In this document: positions 6,383-12,313 of the stretch, piece by piece
Layout: each line of letters begins with the position of its first letter
How positions within the stretch are numbered: the first letter of the stretch is position 1
From: Thermovirgaceae bacterium
GTDB taxonomy: Bacteria > Synergistota > Synergistia > Synergistales > Thermovirgaceae
Assembly: GCA_046542505.1 (NCBI GenBank)
Contig: JBKHBH010000062.1
Coordinates: forward strand, 1-12,313
Reading direction: 5' to 3'
Length of the DNA stretch: 12,313 nt
Notes under the pieces: generated by a model
What the model was told of the DNA's origin: nothing
What the model saw: only the letters and a program-made list of their open reading frames with translations
Databases searched by the model: none
Position numbers and translations under genes: made by a program

Positions 6383-7192
6383 TTATCCGCTGCTTTCCTC
6401 ATGCGCTGAATGAATAAAATCCCGCAGGCCCAGCCGGTAATCTTCACCGGTAAGCAAAAACCCTCCGTTATGGTCTCCTTTAATCTTGAGAAAGGCCTTC
6501 GGTTCCTTCGCTGCCTCGAAAAGCGCCTCCCCGTGCCCGTATGGGATGATTTCATCATCGGGACTGTGGACCACGAGCACTGGACAGTTGATCCCGTCCA
6601 GGCACGACTTCGTATCAAAGGCGTCTTTGACTATATGCCCCGTGGGCAAAAAAGGGAAGTACCTCCTGCCGATATCAGCCAGGGAGGTAAAAACCGATTC
6701 CAAAATAAGCGCCGCCGGGACCTGTTCCGTTGCCAGTTTCGCGGCCACAGCTCCTCCCAGCGAACGTCCGAAGAAGACGATGCGGGACATGTCGTAACCC
6801 TTGCGCAGAAGGACTTCCAGAGCGGCCCGTCCATCCCAGTAAAGACCATCCTCAGATGGTTTTCCTTGGCTTTTTCCGTATCCCCTGTAATCGAAGAGAA
6901 AAACGTCCATTCCGATGCGGTGGAATATGCGTGCCGACTCCAGTCTGTAGGAAATGTTTCCCGCGTTGCCGTGAAAAAAGAGGACCGCCATGGAATCCTC
7001 TTTGGGGGAGGGGATGTACCATCCGTTCAACCAGACACCGTCAGCGGCCCGGAAATTGATTTCCTCGTATCTCAGGCCCGCCTCCAGCGGCGTGATGGCG
7101 ATCTCCGCCGTGGGGTGGTAAAGCAATCGGTCATAGAAAAGGTAGGCTCCAATGGTGACCGCAAGATAGGTGAGGGCAACGATCAGGACCAA
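6383..7192 (-). CDS. Membrane-anchored alpha/beta hydrolase (ABHD13/Bem46/YfhR-like)
   Basis: N-terminal hydrophobic anchor, FFHGNAGN, FDYRGYG, nucleophile GRSLG, HSPDDEIIP (Asp) and GDHN (His). The start may extend to CTG 7207 (see findings). Confidence 0.88.
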   Translation of the reverse strand: MVLIVALTYLAVTIGAYLFYDRLLYHPTAEIAITPLEAGLRYEEINFRAADGVWLNGWYIPSPKEDSMAVLFFHGNAGNISYRLESARIFHRIGMDVFLFDYRGYGKSQGKPSEDGLYWDGRAALEVLLRKGYDMSRIVFFGRSLGGAVAAKLATEQVPAALILESVFTSLADIGRRYFPFLPTGHIVKDAFDTKSCLDGINCPVLVVHSPDDEIIPYGHGEALFEAAKEPKAFLKIKGDHNGGFLLTGEDYRLGLRDFIHSAHEESSG

Positions 7193-7223
7193 CCTTAACA
7201 GGTTCAGCGCAGCCGCCCCCTTT

Positions 7224-7841
7224 TTAAATCACCGCCGGAACGAAACGCCGGTAGACCCAGACGTGGGCGGAAAAGGTTACGGGCACGGTGATGAGAAGAC
7301 CCAGGCCGAACAGAAGGGAACCAAGGATGTTGAGTCCTATCATCACCAGGCCGAAGAAAAGCAGGCCCCATCGAGAACCCTTCGTGAGGGCGGCGCTTTC
7401 GCGCAGAGCCTCGACGGGCCCCAGGCGCCGGTCAATGATCAGGTAGGGGGCGAACTGGCAGGCGACCCCCACATAAACACCCGGCACAACAAGCAACACC
7501 ATGCCGATCCCCACAAGAAGGGAATACAGCATTGTCCCGAAAAAGTACGGAATATACCGGTTTCCGATCCGCCTGAACTCTGATGGTGATGCCAAACCCC
7601 TGTCATAAATACCCAGGCAGGTCACGATAACAGCCATCGCGACGGCGACACGAAAGAGCGCGGCAAATATTTCTATCACAGCCCCCTGCAAGGACCTGTC
7701 TGGTAAAGAACCGGCCCACCCTTCCAGAAGAGCCAATGGTAAGCCCGCGATCAAAAGAAGGCCGATAAAAAAGAAGACATTCCGTCTGAAGGCTTCCCAT
7801 CCATATCGGAACGCCTCGCCCAAGGGAACCTGAACAATCAT
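7224..7841 (-). CDS. Integral membrane protein of unknown function, 205 aa (YciC/DUF975-like architecture)
   Basis: Start is the ATG at 7841 with a GGGGAGG RBS; the listed 7928 start overlaps buk. Pattern: AFRYGWEAF...LLVVPGVY...FAPYLIID...GPVEALRESAALTKG...GLLITVP, with about 5 TM segments. Confidence 0.75.
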   Translation of the reverse strand: MIVQVPLGEAFRYGWEAFRRNVFFFIGLLLIAGLPLALLEGWAGSLPDRSLQGAVIEIFAALFRVAVAMAVIVTCLGIYDRGLASPSEFRRIGNRYIPYFFGTMLYSLLVGIGMVLLVVPGVYVGVACQFAPYLIIDRRLGPVEALRESAALTKGSRWGLLFFGLVMIGLNILGSLLFGLGLLITVPVTFSAHVWVYRRFVPAVI

Positions 7842-7866
7842 TTCCAAAACCTCCCCGCTTCTCTGG

Positions 7867-8946
7867 CTAGCCTTCGTATTCCCTTGCCTTTTCCCTGCCT
7901 GAAAGTACGCGCAGGGCCCCTTCGGCAAGGGCTCTCATCTCATCCTCGCCTGGATACACTTTCACGGGGCCGATGAATGCGATGCGTCTCGTGATTTCAC
8001 CGGTGAACGCCTCGCTGTGGGCAAGCCCGCCGGTGAGGACAACGAGGTCCACCGCTCCTTTCAAAACGGCTGCCCGGGCGCCGATCTCCCTGGCCACGCC
8101 ATAGGCCATCGCCCTGAAAATGAGGTCGGCCTTTTCGTCGCCTCCATTTCGCAAACGCTCGACCTCCCGCAGGTCGTTGGTTCCCAGGTGCGCGACCAGT
8201 CCGCCGCCACCTGTAATCCGTCTCAGGATCTCGCCCATCTCCTTCGTGCCGCTGAAGGAAAGCTTTACCAGCTCCCCTGCGGGAAGAGATCCGGCCCGCT
8301 CGGGCGTAAAGGGTCCTTCGCCGTCGAGGGCGTTGTTCACGTCAACTACTTTCCCCTTTTCGTGGGCACCGACGGATATGCCGCCTCCCATGTGGGCCAC
8401 TATGAGGTTCACCTCTTCATATTCCTTGCCTGTCTGGACGGCGGCGCGCCTTGCGACGGCTTTCTGGTTCAGCGCATGAAAGATGGACCGTCGTTCGATC
8501 CCGGGGAAACCGGAAAGCCTGGCTTCTTCCATGAGTTCGTCCACCACCACGGGATCGACGATGAAGGCCGGTTTCCCCCCGGCCTCGTCAGCGATGCGCT
8601 TCGCCAGGGGTGCTCCCAGGTTGCTCGCATGGGAACCGTGGGTGCAGTTTTTCAAATCATGAAGCATCTTTTCGTTCACGGCATAGGTCCCGCCCGGAAT
8701 GGGTCTCAGCAATCCTCCCCTTCCGACAACAGCGTCCAGGGAGGAAAGGTCTGCTCCCCGGGCGGTGAGAGTCTTTATGATCTCTTCGAAACGAAAGGGT
8801 TCCTGGGCGGGAATGCCCGGATAATGCTGCAGGACGTCCACGTCATATCGCTGGGTTTCGTTCCATACCTCACGGTCGTTCTCGAAAAGGGCGATCTTGG
8901 TACTCGTCGAACCGGGGTTGATGGCGAGGATCACCAATGAGTCCAT
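7867..8946 (-). CDS. buk: Butyrate / branched-chain carboxylic acid kinase (copy 2)
   Basis: INPGSTSTK, VGRGGLL, HASNLG, VDPVVVDE, HALNQKA, HMGGGISVGAH, PERAG, YPGEDEM. RBS GAGGAGG. Confidence 0.95.
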   Translation of the reverse strand: MDSLVILAINPGSTSTKIALFENDREVWNETQRYDVDVLQHYPGIPAQEPFRFEEIIKTLTARGADLSSLDAVVGRGGLLRPIPGGTYAVNEKMLHDLKNCTHGSHASNLGAPLAKRIADEAGGKPAFIVDPVVVDELMEEARLSGFPGIERRSIFHALNQKAVARRAAVQTGKEYEEVNLIVAHMGGGISVGAHEKGKVVDVNNALDGEGPFTPERAGSLPAGELVKLSFSGTKEMGEILRRITGGGGLVAHLGTNDLREVERLRNGGDEKADLIFRAMAYGVAREIGARAAVLKGAVDLVVLTGGLAHSEAFTGEITRRIAFIGPVKVYPGEDEMRALAEGALRVLSGREKAREYEG

Positions 8947-8966
8947 CGCAATACCTCCTCATCCGC

Positions 8967-9002
8967 GAAAGAAAGGGGCCGGCACGTATTCCGCGCCGGC
9001 CC
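8967..9002 (-). terminator. Terminator-like hairpin between ptb and buk copy 2
   Basis: Minus strand GGGCCGGCGCG-GAATA-CGTGCCGGCCC (11 bp including one G-U pair) followed by CUUUCUUUC. Confidence 0.6.
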
Positions 9003-9012
9003 GCAGGCGTTG

Positions 9013-9933
9013 TTATCCTTTCTGGTGTGCCGAAAGAGCCACGGCCGAGGCGATGGAAAGGAGCTTCGTCTCCGCCGTGTCGGAACGGCTTGTGAGCACC
9101 ACGGGCGCCTTCGCGCCGAGGACAAGCCCGGCGGTCTTGTTGTTGCTGAAGTAGACGATGGCCTTGGCCATCATATTTCCGGCCTCGATATCCGGAACCA
9201 GCAGGATGTCGGCGTTGCCGGCAACTTCAGATTCGATGCCCTTGTGCTTCGCCGATTCCTCGCTTATGGCATTATCCAGGGCAAAGGGACCATCCACGAT
9301 GCATCCTTTAATCTGTTTCCTGCGATACATCTGCGACAGCGTGGCCGCATCCAGGGTGCAGGGCATGTCTGGATTCACCACTTCAACGGCGGCGAGAACA
9401 GCCACCTTCGGCATGTCGATTCCAAAGGCATGGGCCAGATCCGCAGTATTGTTCAGTATGTTGACCTTGGTCGCCAGGTCGGGATACATGTTGAAAGCCG
9501 GATCACAAATGAAAAAGAGCCTGTCGTACCCCTCAATCTGGTGGATATATACGTGAGAAAGGGTCCCGCCGGTTCTCAGACCCACTTCCTTGTTGAGAAC
9601 ACCCCTGAGAAAGTTGGCCGTTGAGATCATGCCCTTCATCAGGATATCCGCCTTGCCGGAGGAAACGAGCTTGACGGCTTCCAGGCCGACCTGCTTCTGG
9701 TCGCTCTTGACGTCCACGATCTCGTAATTCCCTGTATCGATCCCCATGGAGCCCGCCACGGACTTTATCTTGTCGGCATCACCAACGAGGAAGGCATCGG
9801 CCACGCCTTCTTTCCGGGCGTTCTCGACGGCTTCCATGACTTCGGCGTCTTCGGCGAGAGCAACGGCGATCTTTTTGGGGCCAACTTCCTGCGCATACTT
9901 CAAGAGTCCTTCAAGTGACCTGATCTGTTCCAT
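9013..9933 (-). CDS. ptb: Phosphate butyryltransferase / branched-chain phosphotransacylase (copy 2)
   Basis: ADILMKG, LSHV, LAAVEVVNPDMP, DGPFALDNA, PDIEAGN, LTSRSD. RBS GGGAGG. Confidence 0.93.
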   Translation of the reverse strand: MEQIRSLEGLLKYAQEVGPKKIAVALAEDAEVMEAVENARKEGVADAFLVGDADKIKSVAGSMGIDTGNYEIVDVKSDQKQVGLEAVKLVSSGKADILMKGMISTANFLRGVLNKEVGLRTGGTLSHVYIHQIEGYDRLFFICDPAFNMYPDLATKVNILNNTADLAHAFGIDMPKVAVLAAVEVVNPDMPCTLDAATLSQMYRRKQIKGCIVDGPFALDNAISEESAKHKGIESEVAGNADILLVPDIEAGNMMAKAIVYFSNNKTAGLVLGAKAPVVLTSRSDTAETKLLSIASAVALSAHQKG

Positions 9934-10031
9934 ATCATGGTACCTCCCTGTTGTTTTTTCCTTTCTTACCCGTACTGGTGTCCTTCTCTGTATTACAAGC
10001 CCAGCGGGCTTGATTTTTCCGTAATATGCAA

Positions 10032-10940
10032 CTACCTCCGCTTGGCCAGAAACGCTCCCAATGCAATAGAATGCAGTTTCGTTGCCGCCGTGTCAAACCG
10101 GCTCGTCAGCACCACGGGACAACGGGCTCCGAGAATGACACCCGCTCCTACACCGCCTGCCATGTAGAGCATCACCTTGCCCATCATGTTGCCGGCCTCG
10201 ATGTCGGGTACGAGGAGAATGTCCGCCCGTCCCGCCACCTCCGACTCGATGCCCTTGTGCTTCGCCGACGCCTCGCTGACGGCATTGTCCAAAGCGAGAG
10301 GTCCGTCGACGACGCATTCCTTGATCTGCTTTCGCCTGTTCATCTGGGTCAGGGCGGCGGCATCAACGGTGCACGGCATGTCGGGGTTCACGACCTCCAC
10401 TGCGGCCAAAGCGGCCACCTTTGGCTGTTCAACACCCAGCCTCCGGTAGCAGGCCACGGCATTCTCGACGATGACCTGTTTCGTCTTGAGGTCGGGATAC
10501 ATGGACATGCCGCCATCGGTCATGGCGAAAACCCGATCCATCTTCGGAATATGGAAGAGAAACAGGTGGGAAAGGAGCGATCCGGCCCTCAAGCCCCATT
10601 CCTTGTTGAGCACCGCCTTCAGGAGCGTCGCCGTCTTGACGTTTCCCTTCATCAAAAGATCGGCATCCCCCGAGGAGACGGTCTTCACTGCCAGCTCCGC
10701 GGCGGCAGCTTCGTCAGGCGCCTCGACCACCTCGAAAGCGGAGAGGTCTATGTCGAGATCTTTTGAAATGGCTTCCATTCTGGCAGGATCGCCGAAAAGG
10801 ACCGGTTCGACAACGCCTTTTTTCGCCGCATGATGGACGGCTTCAAGGACATCCACGCCCTGTGCCGCCGCCACCGCCAGCCGCATGGTGCTGCCGGAGG
10901 TACTGCCTTCGATCAGAAAATCAAGGTTCTGAAAGGACAT
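10032..10940 (-). CDS. ptb: Phosphate butyryltransferase / branched-chain phosphotransacylase (copy 1)
   Basis: ADLLMKG, LSHL, TDGGM, LAAVEVVNPDMP, DGPLALDNA, PDIEAGN, LTSRFD. The RBS GGGAGG lies inside the last codons of the upstream buk (3-nt gap). Confidence 0.93.
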   Translation of the reverse strand: MSFQNLDFLIEGSTSGSTMRLAVAAAQGVDVLEAVHHAAKKGVVEPVLFGDPARMEAISKDLDIDLSAFEVVEAPDEAAAAELAVKTVSSGDADLLMKGNVKTATLLKAVLNKEWGLRAGSLLSHLFLFHIPKMDRVFAMTDGGMSMYPDLKTKQVIVENAVACYRRLGVEQPKVAALAAVEVVNPDMPCTVDAAALTQMNRRKQIKECVVDGPLALDNAVSEASAKHKGIESEVAGRADILLVPDIEAGNMMGKVMLYMAGGVGAGVILGARCPVVLTSRFDTAATKLHSIALGAFLAKRR

Positions 10941-10943
10941 ACG

Positions 10944-12032
10944 TTACGCCTCCCGTTTGATGGATTCTCCGTATATCCTCGGCTTCTCCTCTCCTCGAAG
11001 CACCCGGAGGGCTCCCTGGGTCAAGGCGCTCATCTCATCTTCTCCCGCATAAATCAGGACTGGAGCGATCCACTGAATCCGCTCCTGGACCAGCCGGATA
11101 AAATCACTGTCATGGGCGATGCCTCCCGTGATCAGGATGGCGTCCAGCTTCCCGTTCAAGGCTACGGCATAAAAAGCAATTTCCTTGGCGATTTGCAGCG
11201 CCATGGACCTGTAGACAACTTCAGCAAATTCGTCCTGAGCCTCAATGCGCTTTTTCACCTCGCGCATGTCGCTGGTTCCAAGGTATCCCATGAGGCCGCC
11301 CTTGCCGACCAGTCGTCGCCGGACATCCTGAAGGGTGTGTTCACCGCTGAAACAAAAACGGACCAGGTCTCCCGCGGGGACACCTCCTGCACGCTCCGGA
11401 GAAAAGGGCCCGAATTCATTGGCATTGTTGACGTCGATCATCCGGCCCTTTCTGTGGGCGCAGATAGTGATCCCTCCCCCGAGATGGGCTACCACGACAT
11501 CGAGTTCGTCCCATTCCTTGTCGAGGTCCCTCGCGGCAAGCCTCACCGTGGCCTTGACGTTCAGGGTATGTGCCAGGGATCGCTTGGGAAGTTCCGGGAG
11601 TCCCGTGATGCGGGAAATATCATCCATTTCATCGACGGCAACGGGATCCACGATGAACGCAGGGATGTCCCGCGGCTGAGCTATGGCCTTTGCGATGATC
11701 CCCCCAAGATTCGATGCATGCTCCCAGGGTTTCCCCCGCCTGAGATGCTCGAGCATCAGGTCATCGACGGCATAGGTCCCCCCGGGTATCGGGTCGACGA
11801 TACCCCCGCGGCCCACGACCGCCGACAGGGCGTTGAGGTCGGATCCCTTTTCCTCCACAGTTTTCTCGATGGTCTGCAGCCGGTACTCGTACTGCGCGAC
11901 AACGTTCGGAAAGGCGCCGATTTCCCTGGGGTCATGGGATACCGTTTCCTGCCAGCTCTTCTCGTCATCGAGAAACCACGCAATTTTCGTGCTTGTCGAT
12001 CCCGGGTTGATCGCCAGCACCTGGAAAGCCAT
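10944..12032 (-). CDS. buk: Butyrate / branched-chain carboxylic acid kinase (copy 1)
   Basis: INPGSTSTK, VGRGG, HASNLG, VDPVAVDE, HLGGGI, PERAG, YAGEDEM. RBS TAAGGAGG. Confidence 0.95.
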   Translation of the reverse strand: MAFQVLAINPGSTSTKIAWFLDDEKSWQETVSHDPREIGAFPNVVAQYEYRLQTIEKTVEEKGSDLNALSAVVGRGGIVDPIPGGTYAVDDLMLEHLRRGKPWEHASNLGGIIAKAIAQPRDIPAFIVDPVAVDEMDDISRITGLPELPKRSLAHTLNVKATVRLAARDLDKEWDELDVVVAHLGGGITICAHRKGRMIDVNNANEFGPFSPERAGGVPAGDLVRFCFSGEHTLQDVRRRLVGKGGLMGYLGTSDMREVKKRIEAQDEFAEVVYRSMALQIAKEIAFYAVALNGKLDAILITGGIAHDSDFIRLVQERIQWIAPVLIYAGEDEMSALTQGALRVLRGEEKPRIYGESIKREA

Positions 12033-12089
12033 CGTCTCGCCTCCTTAGGTTTGTAGCCGGATGTGGACATGTGTTTACGACCGGATCAT

Positions 12090-12112
12090 TTGTGCAAAAC
12101 AACACGATTATA
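12090..12112 (-). promoter_or_regulatory. Proximal -10 box (TATAAT) of the buk-ptb operon with an adjacent Rex-like imperfect palindrome
   Basis: Minus-strand TATAAT at 12112-12107. TTGTGCAAAACAACACGA (12090-12107) matches 10/14 of TTGTGAA-N4-TTCACAA. No good -35. Confidence 0.4.
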
Positions 12113-12219
12113 CCGATTGGCCTTCATTTCTGCGCGAACCACAGCGAACCATCAGGTCATAAAAGATCACAGGGGTTTGTTGCTTGAAATATCCGTGAAC
12201 ATTCGGACAGCGCGCCCTC

Positions 12220-12248
12220 ATTATACCTACTCGTGTAAAAACTTGCAG
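12220..12248 (-). promoter_or_regulatory. Distal candidate promoter of the buk-ptb operon
   Basis: Minus strand CTGCAA (12248-12243), 17 nt, then TATAAT (12225-12220). Confidence 0.4.
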
Positions 12249-12313
12249 ACCCTCCACCGAAGTCTTGATGGATCCGCAAAAACCTGTCGCGGCGGAACCT
12301 TCTTGATGTATAC

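Noticed and set aside
4921..6618. 565-aa minus-strand ORF
   Set aside because: Antisense shadow of the racemase-like gene with no recognisable motifs; such ORFs are common in GC-rich DNA.
8017..12056. Long plus-strand ORFs (8017-8940, 9010-9624, 10026-10766, 10830-12056)
   Set aside because: Antisense shadows of buk/ptb. Their mutual similarity only mirrors the paralogy of the real genes.

Overview
A GC-rich bacterial chromosomal segment; the gene content suggests an anaerobic amino-acid fermenter, possibly Synergistota (inference only). In order: the 3' part of a D-cysteine desulfhydrase-family gene (+); a convergent encapsulated-ferritin and family-1 encapsulin operon (-); a divergent HisC/CobD-like PLP enzyme (+); a two-gene operon (+) of a YkvI-like amino-acid transporter and a class-III PLP enzyme with the signature of Thermococcales broad-specificity amino-acid racemases / Ile 2-epimerase; and a minus-strand run buk-ptb-ptb-buk, membrane protein, alpha/beta hydrolase. 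The most interesting signal is missing from the ORF track. The 5' leader of the transporter-racemase operon has a TTGACA-N17-TAGACT promoter, a 25-codon GTG-initiated leader ORF with a strong RBS (MRRKGFFREFAYALIIYFPSGSPSW, rich in Phe/Tyr/Trp/Leu/Ile) and mutually exclusive hairpins ending in an intrinsic terminator. This is a candidate ribosome-mediated attenuator controlling D-amino-acid uptake and racemisation. No mobile elements, CRISPR arrays, tRNA or rRNA genes were seen.
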